A stretch of DNA of 64,000 bases from Podarcis vaucheri (taxonomy: Eukaryota). Both the position numbers and the translations under genes were made by a program. The notes beneath the pieces are model-generated. The model saw only the letters and a program-made list of their open reading frames with translations, was not told the origin of the DNA and did no database searches. Every line of letters begins with the position of its first letter. Within the stretch, counting starts at the first letter, position 1. This document shows, one piece after another, positions 41,101-52,716 of this stretch. The stretch is from the NCBI GenBank assembly GCA_965113315.1, contig OZ220367.1; one strand, 5' to 3'.

Positions 41101-42705
41101 GCCTATCACCACTGGGGATCCCTATTGGACAGGTGAATAATTGTATTTAAAATCATTCAAGCGGAGTTCAGAATGTTGCATGTACATTATCTCAATCATC
41201 CTTATAACCCTGTAGGATAGATCAGTATTATTATCTCCAAATTACAGGTGGGGATGTCCGCAGAAGCTGAAATACTGTAAGGCAGGGGTAACAAACATAA
41301 TCCTTTCCAGATGCCTCCAATCAGCCCAGCTGGTATGGCCAATGGTCAGGGATAACATATGGAGAGCGTCATGTTAGCTACCCTTGTCCTAAGGCCTCCT
41401 TGTGACTTCATGGCTGAAGTGAGATTACAATGCAAGGTTTAGACCAGGCATCCCCAACCTGCGGCCCTCCAGATGTTTTGGCCTACAACTCCCATGATCC
41501 CTAGCTAACAGGACCAGTGGTCAGGGATGATGGGAATTGTAGTCCAAAACACCTGGAGGGCCGAAGGTCGGGGATGCCTGGTTTAGAATTAGGCCTGCAA
41601 TATTACACCTGCTCTAGGGCTAAACCTGAGCTAGCCCAAGGTTTTAACACACAAGTGCTTTAACATGTTACTATGCCAATTCTAGCAATGCCTTGCCCCT
41701 AATTTCAAATATAATACCCACACCCAGTTTTAATGTTCCGGGATCCCACACTCACTTCCTACGAGACATCTGTGGTCACTGAGCAATGAAAGGCAGGAAG
41801 AGAGAAGAGAAAAGGTCCTACCGGCAAATTCAATAAATTCAAAATTAAATAAACAAATAAAGTAAAAAAATGTCCAGTAGCACCTTAGAGACCAACTAAG
41901 CTTGTTCTGGGTATATGCTTTCGTGTGCATGCACACTTCTTCAGATTTAATTCAAAATTAAATGTTTTTCCAGCCCTGTAACACTGAACCACCCACCACC
42001 CCCAGTCAAAGATTTCAAACTGTATTTTGTTGCTTAATAAATGGCAGAGGAATAATGCAAACCTATTTCTTCCCCCAAATGGGATGACTTCATGGATCCT
42101 GCAGAGGACACAACTGCACACCGGCCCATCTGCCCCACTTCCATGCTGATATTCTTCCTTGGCAGGTAGGTCTCCCATTCTGATGTATTGAAGGGCCCAT
42201 CTGATGTGGTGATCATCCCAAAGTTCAGTTGCTTCCGGAGCTGGCACAACACTTTTGGGGGGCTGGATTTAGCAGCATACTTTGGCCCACTGTACTTCAC
42301 ACGGTATTTGTTCATATGCAAATAATTCTTCCTCACCTTTTGCAGTCTAGCGTTGAGGTTTCTGGACAAACTGTCCTTGTTCCACACTTTGATGGGACTT
42401 GGCAATTTCACAGGTTTTATGACTAACTTACTTCTTGCTGGCACTGCAGTGACGGCAACATGAGCTTGAGATGTGTTGGTGGGCAAATGGAGCTTGCCTG
42501 TGCCATTGACGGCTTCATCCTGGACAGTTTCTTGTCTTAGGCTGTTCCACCTCCACAGCCTCAACGGTCCATGATTGGCTTGGTCTTCTGTCTTAAACGA
42601 AAGATAAAATCCTCTCCGTGATTCCTTCCACAAACAAATGGTCAGAACCAAAATAAATGCCAGGAGGACGTATATCCATTTTCTAACAAAGTTGACATGA
42701 ACCAT
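28881..42705 (-). CDS. ST6GAL1: Beta-galactoside alpha-2,6-sialyltransferase 1; join(42063..42705, 40431..40528, 34087..34188, 33042..33216, 28881..29122), 1260 nt = 419 aa + stop
   Basis: Type II membrane N-terminus [28 protein letters not shown]; sialylmotif [35 protein letters not shown]; motif [25 protein letters not shown]; motif III HYYQ; VS HPLLFE. Colinear with human ST6GAL1 as I recall it (VWNKDS, FNTSEWE, GAYHPLL). The short stem argues against ST6GAL2. Exon phases join in frame. Confidence 0.96.
29211..29268. repeat. Compound (GT)n(GA)n microsatellite
   Basis: Seen directly. Confidence 0.95.
30336..30500 (+). mobile_element. L2 fragment
   Basis: IRQLRPFL...[14 protein letters not shown]. 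Confidence 0.7.
31708..31898. mobile_element. Tigger-like MITE with a ~70-bp BovB 3' tip (31737-31808, plus) inserted
   Basis: taccgtatttactc...gagtaaatgcagta termini; gtccatggggtcacgaagagtcggacacgact(aaca)n flanked by TSD attgcgcc (31729-31736, 31809-31816). Confidence 0.75.
31982..32170. repeat. (TG)n (about 31982-32019) and (GAA)n (about 32126-32170) microsatellites
   Basis: Seen directly. Confidence 0.9.
33042..33216 (-). CDS. ST6GAL1: ST6GAL1 coding exon 4 ([10 protein letters not shown]...[10 protein letters not shown])
   Basis: tttcag|TGGTAC...ATGCTTG|GTACGT; 175 nt. Confidence 0.95.
33737..33974. mobile_element. hAT MITE (OC1/OposCharlie-like)
   Basis: 8-bp TSD tactagag/tactagtc; gggccgga subterminal motifs; atgaacggattcctatgc core. 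Confidence 0.65.
34087..34188 (-). CDS. ST6GAL1: ST6GAL1 coding exon 3 ([34 protein letters not shown])
   Basis: ttcccag|CTTATT...CACGAG|GTACGT; 102 nt. Confidence 0.95.
34297..34514. mobile_element. Penelope-like element remnant: inverted pLTR with hammerhead plus forward 3' tail
   Basis: 12-bp TSD tgactgttgcag (34285-34296, 34515-34526); minus-strand CTGAAGA...GAAA core; plus-strand tail gcagaccaacacggctacc. Confidence 0.75.
34353..34390 (-). ncRNA. Minimal hammerhead ribozyme motif (PLE type)
   Basis: uau CUGAAGA A GUGUG caug CACAC GAAA GC UC aua: full core, 5-bp stem II, palindromic AGCU stem III, 3-bp stem I. Confidence 0.75.
39213..39333. mobile_element. hAT MITE
   Basis: CAGG...CCTG termini; perfect 8-bp TSD ccataagg. 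Confidence 0.85.
40431..40528 (-). CDS. ST6GAL1: ST6GAL1 coding exon 2 ([33 protein letters not shown])
   Basis: tttcag|ATCACC...TCCCAG|GTAAGT; 98 nt. Confidence 0.95.
41445..41580. mobile_element. hAT MITE, near-palindromic
   Basis: caggcatcccc...ggggatgcctg; TSD gtttagac/gtttagaa. Confidence 0.85.
41851..41948 (-). mobile_element. Penelope-like pLTR fragment with mutated hammerhead (41910-41946)
   Basis: Same family as 34297; 15-bp TSD aattcaaaattaaat (41836-41850, 41949-41963); GAAAGCAU instead of GAAAGCUC. Confidence 0.75.
42063..42705 (-). CDS. ST6GAL1: ST6GAL1 first coding exon (exon starts at 42756 with 51 nt of 5'UTR)
   Basis: Acceptor poly-T...TAG at 42758-42757; ATG at 42705; donor ATAG|GTTTGC at 42062; 643 coding nt, phase 1. 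Confidence 0.95.
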
Positions 42706-44283
42706 AATGTACGATGCATCAGGTTAGGAAGATCAACTTCAGGTTGGAAGTTGTACCTAAAAAAAAAGCATTAAAAATGCATTTTTAAAATCAGGATGGG
42801 GAGAGGAAAGAATTCAAGGTGTGTAATCATTTGAAATCACCAAAATAAACAGCCCGTTATCCAATGTCCCTCTTGTTCCAGGTCTTTGGTTAATATTTAA
42901 ACCATCTTTGGCCTTTTAAACTGCGGGGAGTATATTTTTGTTTGTTATTATGGTGTGTATTTTTGTGCTTTTATATTGTAAACTGCCCTGTGATCTTCAG
43001 ATGAGTGGTAGCATATAAATTTAATAAACAACAACAAAGATGACAACTCAACCTTCCTCCCTCAAAACTTGAAAATTGCTACAAGTCTTGAACAACCACT
43101 TAATAAATGTTTTCTTGTTATACAAATCAAAGCACATGTGTAACTCACATTTCAATACCCTTTTTCTTTCTGCGCTGACATAATAATCAAAACCAGCACT
43201 TGGTCAAAATGATCCAGCACTTGGTCAAAATGGCCTCAATTTCAGTCACCAGAAAAGAAAAAAAATTAATGTGCAAGGTCAAGCAGTGATATTCTCAACT
43301 GTTCTGCAACTTTTCTGCACACGGCATGAATGAAGCTGGCAGATCACCAGTGACCCACAGACCAGACTGAGAACCTTTGCTTGCAACACAAACTCAGCTA
43401 AGAGAAAGATGCTTTTTCCAAAAGTGGTTCCCATATGGACGTTGCTACCTTGAAGTGACACTATTAGCACAGCTCTTAGCTATTAGCACAGTGTAGCTCC
43501 ACTACACTTTCTTGCTCTTCATACACAGGAAGCAGAGCATCCTCCAGCACACCTGAGACACTAAGCAGAACCTTAGCCAAACCTAAGACCCATCAAGATG
43601 AGGGGGATTGGGAACAGTCAGATCTGTAGCTGGGCCGGGGATCAGCTAGGCTCAGGTGGCTGAAGTCCCCCATCTCAGTGTTAAGTTCCTTCATACTGGT
43701 TTGGCTGAGGCCAGAGTAAGTCCCCCCAAAAGGATGGGGTAGAGGAAAACCTACCCTTGTTTGAAACTCCTTTTAACTCAGTCACATGACCTAGCAACCC
43801 AGTAGAAGTTACACCGGCAAAAAGGAAGGTTTGTAAGTCCAATTCTGTTTTAAGGGCTTGATTTCCCTCTGCCAGGCTTCAGCCAGCTCGGCTAGCAGTA
43901 ACCTTCTCCTGAAAGGAGTAGGTGAAATTACACCAGCATAATTTACCCTGGCTGTCTTCCTATAGTTTGGATTGCTCTGCGCCCCTCCAATGCATCTCCC
44001 CCCAATGTGAGATTTCTGCAGCCTGTATTCATCTGGAACTTGTAGATCTTAAGAGCTACAGCAGGTGCTATTGCTGGAAATGGTGTGATAATTTCTCCTT
44101 GCTCGTAGGTGCCAACTCTCTGGGGCCCTGGGTGTCTGAGCGCCCACAAAATTCCTCATGAAGGGACCGGGCACCCACAAATTTCAGTGCCAGGGGCAGG
44201 CATGCTGCATGGCAGCCACGGTCGTGGGGCCAAGCTGGCACTCCTGTCCTCCCTGTAGCCACCATGTCTGCTATGCACTATTT

Positions 44284-44406
44284 CAGGCTTCCTCAACCTC
44301 GGCCCTCCAGATGTTTTTGGCCTACAACTCCCATGATCCCTAGCTAGCAGGACCAGTGGGAATTGTAGTCTCAAAACATCTGAAGGGCCAAGGCTGAGGA
44401 AGCCTG
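44284..44406. mobile_element. hAT MITE, same family as 41445
   Basis: caggcttcctca...tgaggaagcctg; perfect TSD cactattt. Confidence 0.87.
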
Positions 44407-44774
44407 CACTATTTTAACATTCTGGCACTCAATGCAGGGACGTTCCACAACAGCACCAGCAATCTCTTAGAAGGGGTCCTTGTTTTAATACAGTTTCAAG
44501 CAATACTTTTTATATCTAAGGACCAAACTACAAGTGATTGTTAGCACTGTGATTGACAACTTCATTGTTGATCTTTAAAAATAAAAGACCAAAAAATAAA
44601 ATAAAATCCCTGTGTCAGGGTGGTGGTGAATGTCATCAAGACCACAGCATGCTTGGAAGGGAACATTATACATATTAAATATGTATTCTGTAGCTGACCT
44701 CCTTTGTAATGTTTTATTTTGAAATCTTTAAGATAATATTTTAGTTCTCTGTTATGTTGCTTTGACTGTATATA

Positions 44775-45013
44775 CAGTGGTACCTCGGGTTACATACGCT
44801 TCAGGTTACATACGCTTCAGGTTACAGACTCCGCTAACCCAGAAATAGTACCTCAGGTTAAGAACTTTGATTCAGGATGAGAACAGAAATCGTGCTCCAG
44901 CGGCGCAGCAGCAGGAGGCCCCATTAGCTAAAGCGGTGCTTCAGGTTAAGAACAGTTTCAGGTTAAAAATGGACCTCCGGAATGAATTAAGTACTTAACC
45001 CGAGGTACCACTG
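44775..45013 (+). mobile_element. Tigger-like MITE, same family as 11946
   Basis: TIR CAGTGGTACCTCGGGTTA; TA TSD. Confidence 0.88.
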
Positions 45014-47723
45014 TATTTGACTTTCTTCAGAATGTTTTATTTATGTTTTATTGATTTAATATGCTGTAAATTGCTTTGAGATTTTTCTTAAAAATATACA
45101 GCTGTATAGAAATTAATAAATAAAAATATGCCTTCCTTCTCCAGCCACAATCTCTGGAGGGAGAGATTGTGAGACAATGCAAGAAGCATGAACCCGAGAC
45201 TGACATCCAAGAAGGAGTGCATGGAAGGGAAGAGAAATACACAATTGTGCTCATTTCATTTATAAGCTGCATTACTATGCTTAAGGTGGCTAACATCAGA
45301 ACTAAAATTAAGGGGAAACGAGGAGTGTGAGTGGACAATGAAATACAAAACCAAGTAAGAACAGGGCACAGAAGCAAGAGAAAAACAATAAAGCCCACAG
45401 TACTCTGCACACTGCACAAAAATCAGTCTGTGATGCTCCAGGGGGTCTCTTGTGAGGCTCTTCCTACACAAGTCACCGGACCAATCACTCAGTTGGTCCC
45501 ATAGATCCAGATTTCCCTTAATGAGAGATAGATAGCAGTGGGCCTCTCCCTCTCTATGTTTAACTGTGTATATCAATAAAAGGCACGTGGGGTGAGGCAT
45601 GCTATCTCTGCAGTTGTATATATCAATACAGGGCACGTGTAGTCCAGTAGGCTGTTCCTAGAATCCACACAGAGCAGAACAGCTTCATTAACTGAAGAAT
45701 ATTAAACATTATTTACTTATTTATTTTTAAAAAACTAAAGAACAATAAGTAGTTTTACTAGCCCAGCCTGGCATACGCAACTCTCCTCTTTGATTGCTAC
45801 CCAAACTCTTACCCCTAGGTGCTCATGTTTTTCCCCCTCTCTCATCTTTGTTCCCGATACCAGGCTCAGACATGGTTTTTTATTGTGAAAATCTTTTTTA
45901 AGTTTCTTTCAAAGGGCACTCAGGGTTATAAAGCAGGATAGAAGTACCCAAAACATACACATAAAATCGCCTTCCTTCTCACTCCATCTCAACACCTCCT
46001 CCAACTCCCTCAACTGCCACTCTCAACACTCCACAACCTGTCATTCACAGTGACTTCACACAGCACTGTCAATCAACCTGCTGCAGTGCAATTCACGTCC
46101 CAAGAAACTTGCATGGGCTTGGGCTGCAGCTGCACAGAGGGAGGGAGTGGAAATGTCTAGCTACAGCAAACGGCTGCTTGGTGATGGGATGTTCCTGGCA
46201 GGAATGACTCCTCTTGCTGGCTACGGCAAGCAAGTCCTTCAGAAGCTCTCCAGGGGGAGGAATCATTCCACCTTCCAGACTGGCAGAGTGAAGACAACTC
46301 CTCAAACCCCAAATCTGACAACTGGGAATGGCAACTCCAAACAAGGAACCAATAATGAAAAAGACAAGAAAATGAAGACAACAAACAGGGCAAACACCAA
46401 TAGTCTGGGATATGTAGGTCGCTGGTAGAAGCCCTAAGCCACCAATCTCACTCCAGGTGGAAAACAGACAGTGAAGCAGAAGTGGGAGAGATGCCCTTCA
46501 TCCCTATAGTAAAATAGAAACTCACAGGAAGCAGAAATTTCCATTTTTGCCAAACAGGGATGGAGGACATTCCTACTAGGGTTATAACAAAGCAGGCTCC
46601 TTCAGACCTGTGTGGGCTCCTTCACCTACTGTGACAGAAGCTCTGGAGAACTTTCCTACAAAAGGCTGCATCAGTCGATAAAAATGAGTCTATTTGATAG
46701 GGCTAACCAAAGTATGAGGAGAGACGCATGTGGCAGCCGTACAAATATCCACAATTGGAAAACTACTCTTGCGTGCTCAAGAAAGGGGTCACCTGGATGA
46801 GCCTGCACAAATCACTGCTGCCTACTTTGCTCTACCTTTGCCTGTGGCTGCCAAGAGTCTTGGCTATCCAGTCATTCATCCCAAGAGGGAAGTCTGCAAT
46901 CTCCATTGTGGCAAAGTGGTTTGTGTGTGCAGAACAAGGACAAATAGGCAAAAGCTGGAAGTAGAAACCCTGAGTTCCAGACTGCTGCTATTCCTCCGGC
47001 AGCTGGGTTGGCAAAGCCAATATGATTTAAGGCATCACCAAGAGGCAGCTTCTAGCAGTATACCCACATCCTCCAGCTCTTGCTGTGGAGATGAATGCAA
47101 GCCTCTACTTCAAATGGGATGCTGGTTGCGTAAGAGACATTGGCATTAATGCGCATGCACCTTATCTGTGGGCAGTTCCTTGTCTGGTGTGGAGTTACCC
47201 ACAACCACAAGCCTATTAATAGATGAATAGCACGGCCATTTTTCCCTTTCCTGTCTCATGAATTATCATATCCTTTTGGTGAGATTGTATAACATAGAGA
47301 TCTCCTTGCTCTGAACTGCTTTTTCAAATGTTAGTATTCTTGCTTGCCAGATTTGAAAATTTAGAATATGTATTTACATCAAATATATCAAGGCAGCGTA
47401 CAGCATATAAAATTCAATAAAACCAGACTGTAAATATCTAGGAAACATAATTTTAAACATCAGTAGACACTGATGGTTGCAAGAAAACAAAATCATATTG
47501 TGAAGGCCTGTCTAAACAGTTTTCAGAAGATGTCTGAAAGATGGCAGGGTTGGTTGCTGCTGAACCTCCACAAACAGTGAGTTCCACAGGACAGGGACTG
47601 ATACATTAAAGGGTCAGTCCCTTGTAAATGCAGCTGAATCCCACCTCATCAGAGGATCTCAGATATCAAGGTATCAAATATGAGATCATTTGAGGCAGAT
47701 AACATCAGTAACCAAAACAGATA

Positions 47724-48246
47724 CAGTCATACCTTGGTTCTGGACCTTTTTTTTTTTTTTTGAAAATAATTTTTATTAATTTACAACAAAAACACAAACA
47801 CACAATAATTTCACATCCAATTTTTCACAGAGTATTTCTTTTCTGGACTTCCTTCAGCTTTTCCATAGTCGTTATTTAAATTACGCATTCCTTAAGTTTG
47901 TATTGTCATTATTTAAACCTTTCCCTTTCTATTCCCTTTTAACAATACTTCTCAAATTTCACCATGCTTCTTTAAATCCCTCTAGCGTTATCTGTCCCTC
48001 ACTTATACTTTTCAGATATTCACCTTGGTTCTGGAACTTAATCTATTCTGGAAGTCCGTTCGACTCCCAAAACCGTTCAAAAACCAAGGTGTGGCTTCCG
48101 ATTGGCTGCAGAAGCTTCCTGCACTCAAGCAGAAGCGTTCAGCTTCCGAAAAACGTTTGAAAACCAGAACGCTTACTTCCAGGTTTTCGGCGTTCGAGGG
48201 CTGATTTGTTTGACAACTAAGCCATTTGAGAACCAAGGTATGACTG
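47724..48246. mobile_element. Tigger-like MITE with an L1-type 3' fragment (47745-48021, minus) inserted in its left TIR
   Basis: TIR CAGTCATACCTTGGTTCT; TA TSD; poly-T and 14-bp TSD accttggttctgga at 47731-47744 and 48022-48035. Confidence 0.75.
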
Positions 48247-49075
48247 TATTCACTGTTTGAGTCACTTCCTATGCTTTTCCAGGACGATGACAAGCCATTT
48301 TTAAAATTACAACTGTTTATAAGAAGCTGTGGAAAAGGTGATTTCATAAACCACCAGGAAAGCCTGAAGGCAAGGTTATGGCAACCTCAGTGAGATCATA
48401 GGAAATCTACAACAGGGGCAGACAGTGCTTATACCCTCTTCATTAAAAAAAAGCTGGCAGTACACAGAAATTCTCCGTCAAGGGTGGTTTTTAAACTTTT
48501 TGGATACATCAGAAGAAAACATTAGAACTGAAAACATCACATGCATGCAGAAACAAAAAAGAGAAGACAACTCTCCTGGGAACTGCACATACCTCAACTC
48601 CACCAGCTCATCTGACATGAAAAGGCACATCATTTAACCAAAAAGAGTCCCATAAATTAGTATTACTTTTGCATAAGCTTCCATGGACAAGAGCTTTGCT
48701 GGTGTGGCAGTTTTGCTGTATTTTTGGTCTGAATGCAAATATGCTGTCATCCCACTCTTTGCACGGAAATGTACTTAAAACGTTCATTACCAAAAGGGGT
48801 ACGCACGCATCCAGTATGTGTGTATTGATGAAGGCCCGTCCTGAGCCATCAACTTATGACTATCTAGCTCTTAAAGTAACAACTGGAAATTCTTAGAAAC
48901 CAGTCGGGGACAAATATAAGAAGACACCTCCACTCCAGTATGGATTCCCTTTAACACATACATAGCCCAACAAGACAACAAGAAGAATCCACCGACAGGA
49001 TATGAATCAATCTGGCTAACCTGTCCCAAAAATCCACCCCTTCACACACATAACCAATCTCACTACAGCCAACCA

Positions 49076-50239
49076 AAGAGAACCAAAGACAGGGGGTGGG
49101 CTGGTTAGGGGGACTCCCTGGTCCTGAATGGGGTAACTGTGCCCCTGAAGGAGCAGGTGCGCAGCCTGGGAGTCATTTTGGACTCACAGCTGTCCATTGA
49201 GGCTCAGGTCAATTCTGTGTCCAGGGCAGCTGTTTACCAGTTCCATCTGGTATGCAGGTTGAGACCCTACCTGGCTGCAGACTGTCTCACCAGAGTGGTG
49301 CATGCTCTAGTTGTCTCCCACTTGGACTACTGCAATGCGCTCTACGTGGGGCTACATTTGAAGGTGACTTGGAAACTGCAATTAATCCAGAATGCGGCAG
49401 CCACACTGGTAACTAGGAGCGACCGCCGGGACCATATACTGTAACACAGGTCCTGAGAGGCCTGCATTGGCTCCCAGTTTGTTTCTGAGTACAATTCAAA
49501 GTGTTGGTACTGACCTTTAAAGCCCTAAACGGCCTCGGCCCAGTATACCTGAAGGAGCTTCTCCACCCCCATCATTCATCCCGGACACCGAGATCCAGCG
49601 CTGAGGGCCTTCTGGCAGTTCCCTCACTGCGAGAAGTGAGGTTATAAGGAACCAGGCAGAGGGCCTTCTCGGTAGTGATGCCTGCCCTGTGGAACACCTT
49701 CCCACCAGATGTCAAGGAAATAAGCAACTATCTGACTTTTAGAAGACATTTGAAGGCAGCCCTGTTTAGGGAAGCTTTTAATACAGTGGTACCTCGCAAG
49801 ACAAATGTCTCGCAAGACGAAAAACATGCAAGACGAAAGAGTTTTTCATTTTTTGAGTCGTTCCACAAGACGAATTTCCCTATGGGCTTGCTTCGCAAGG
49901 CGAAACGTCTTGCGAGTTCTTGCGAGTTTGTTTCCTTTTTCTTAAAGCCCCTAAGCTGCTAAGCCGTTAATAGCCGCTAAGCCGTTAATAGTCGCTAAGC
50001 CGCTAAGCCATTAATAGCCGCTAAGCTGCTAATAGCCACTAAGCCACTAATAGCCTTCGCAAGATGAAAAAACTGCAAGACGGAGAGACTCGCGGAATGG
50101 ATTAATTTCGTCTTGCGAGGCACCACTGTATTTGATGAATTATTGTATTTTAATTTTTTGCTGGAAGCTGCCCAGAGTGGCTGGGGAAACCCAGCCAGAT
50201 GGGCGGGGCATAACTAACTAATTAATTAATTAATTAATT
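49076..50239 (+). mobile_element. L2 LINE 3' fragment, interrupted by the MITE at 49784-50128
   Basis: VRSLGVILDSQLS...RLRPYL...LDYCNALYVGL...LQLIQNAAA; TSD gccaacca (49068-49075, 50240-50247). Confidence 0.88.
49784..50128. mobile_element. Tigger-like MITE with internal (gccgctaa[ta])n array
   Basis: TIR CAGTGGT(A/G)CCTCGCAAGAC; TA TSD. Confidence 0.85.
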
Positions 50240-51518
50240 GCCAACCACACCCTAGGCTACCCGAACCTCCCAAATAGTAAGAGAACCCATACAAGTGATG
50301 CTGACACAAAAACACGCACATATACTAAGTAAAAGAATAGAAGCATTACTACCCCTCCCCCTATTTTCTCCTCAACCTAATACTGCATGCAACACTGTTG
50401 CCTCACAACAAATGAAACTGATTCGTAAAAAACACAACTTGAAAAAAAGACAATGCACGTATTTTTGTAAACTAAGAAATTTTTAATAATAATAATTAAA
50501 TAAAAAAAACCAGTCAGGCCTTCAATTCCATATGGCACAAAACAATTTTTTTGCGATCATTGTTTAGCTCAAAACTGCAGTGCGTCTGTCTATCCTGATG
50601 AGCAGCCATAAAGATCCTTATATTTCCTAGCCAAAGACTAGTGAAAGGCTATGCAAGCTTACCGAAAAAGAGCTATAAAGGTATGAGACATAAAAAAAGC
50701 ATTGAAATAGTTAATTTCCAATGTCGTATCTGCACTTTATGTAGAGGGGAAGCCTCATAAGGAATGTAATAGAACATGGTGCGAACAGTTCTTTTGCCCT
50801 CAAATGCAGAAGATTTTATTCAATGCAAAATTGGCTAAAATCCAAAAGAGTCATCTCATAATTTAACGTTGCAGTTTCTCTCTACGACTGGCATCAGCAG
50901 ATGTCTGACCTGTAACTTTAATGCTGTTTCTCCTCTGTTTTCCACTAAGCATATGACAGCACATTTAAAGTTATTATCATAATCACGGAGCTGTGGGAGA
51001 AAATAAGATCTGAAACATGACAGTCCAGATTATTTGTGCATTTCGGCTACAAAAATTTAAAATAGAATACTTGATCAACCAAAAGTCCTAGATAACCAGA
51101 TTAAGTCCTCCTGTTTCAGGCAGTCCTTTGACAGTGTAACTCTGGTAAGGACAGTGCAATTCCATACATGTGTGCTCAGAAGTAATTCCCACTGACTTTA
51201 ATGGAATTTACTGCCATATAAGTGGGTATAGGATTCCAGGCTAACATTCTATTAACTTGCTTTTTAAAAATATGACAGCAGGGATGGGAAATTTGTGCCT
51301 CTCCAGCATTTGCAAAGCCACAAGTTTCCCACCCCTATCTAGGGCATTCTACATTTTGTCTGTGTGATATAAGCATGCTAATCATGAACATAAATAATTT
51401 GCAGGATGAAAATTTGCAAGTCAGTCTCTAGGCTAGCCAACCATGGTCACATGCAAGACTGGTCACCCGTCTCCTTCCTGCTCAGAAGCCACACAAATTC
51501 TTATTATACAAACTGATA

Positions 51519-51760
51519 CAGTGGTACCTCGGGTTACATACGCTTCAGGTTATATACGCTTCAGGTTACAGACTCCGCTAACCCAGAAATAGTGCTTCAG
51601 GTTAAGAACTTTGCTTCAGGATAAGAACAGAAATCGGGCTCTGGCGGTGCGGCAGCAGAAGGGGGCCCCATTAGCTGAAGTGGTGCTTCAGGTTAAGAAC
51701 AGTTTCAGGTTAAGAACGGACCTCCGGAACGAATTAAGTACTTAACCCGAAGTACCACTG
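51519..51760 (+). mobile_element. Tigger-like MITE, same family
   Basis: TIRs and TA TSD. Confidence 0.88.
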
Positions 51761-52579
51761 TACATGCAAAATAGAGTTTGCTTTCCTGAAGAAACAAAAA
51801 GCAAACTAACCAGACACCATTTAAAAACTGTTTATAATGTTTGCAAAAATGTAATGTTTGCAACAATGTAAGGATCCTGTATGCAAAGCAGATGCCAGAA
51901 TGAGTGAAACTAAACAAAACTGGGGGGTGACACCTTCCAAACTAAACATTTTGCTTTAATGTCAAGCACAGGTGTGAGGTACCTCTGAACAATAATAGTT
52001 CTGTATGCACAGAATTTATTCTCTGCTTTTCTACATTAATATATAGTCAAAGCACCTTATAAGTTTTGCTTAAACATTAAAAGAAACAGCAAACCACCAG
52101 AAATGATGGCCTAAAGCAGTACTAAAAGCAGGCATGAGGTAAAAGCATTTTGGCTAAGCCCACTGAAACAGCACTGCTTTTAGTTGGCAATGCTTCCATA
52201 TCCATTCTCTCTCTCTCTTTTGCATACACTCTCATCCCTTTGATTGTATAACATCCTTGGTACCAAACCACCATGATATAAAACCCCCAAATAAAAAGAC
52301 ATTTGGACTACAGCTATGAACAAATTACTGATGTTGGTGAAAAACCACCAACACAGAGACGAACAAGAAAGATGCTCAAAAGCAACCTGATAATAGCATG
52401 AGCCTAGCACCCTGCATTCAATAAAACAAATGGGTTCAGGATTTAACACTCTATCCTACAGCCTTACAGTTGTGAAAGCGTGATTACTAGGGACAATCCG
52501 TCTAATCAAGCCAATGAAATCTTATTTCAGCTACTGCGTCCCTAAATTTCATTTGCTAATCTGACGACAGATTGGTTAC

Positions 52580-52716
52580 CTGATGTCGATGAAAACTGAA
52601 GTTGCAACAGACACGGCAGGGTGTTAGAAGATTTCAGGGCTGCTCATAATGCTCTTGCTGGCCTAGAAACCCAGCCACTCAAAGCAGTGAGATCTCTAAC
52701 GAAGGCTGAAGGCCAC
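52580..52716 (-). other. Candidate non-coding 5'UTR exon of ST6GAL1
   Basis: ctgtttttcatttcacag|GTGGCC...CATCAG|GTAACC in non-repetitive sequence; mammalian ST6GAL1 has several alternative 5'UTR exons. Confidence 0.3.

Larger units (their letters stand above)
48909..50506 (+). mobile_element. L1/Tx1-type 3' fragment hosting nested L2 and MITE
   Basis: TSD aaaccagtc(g/a)gg at 48897-48908 and 50507-50518; A-rich tail; EDTSTPVWIPFNTY ORF2-end-like peptide. Confidence 0.6.
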
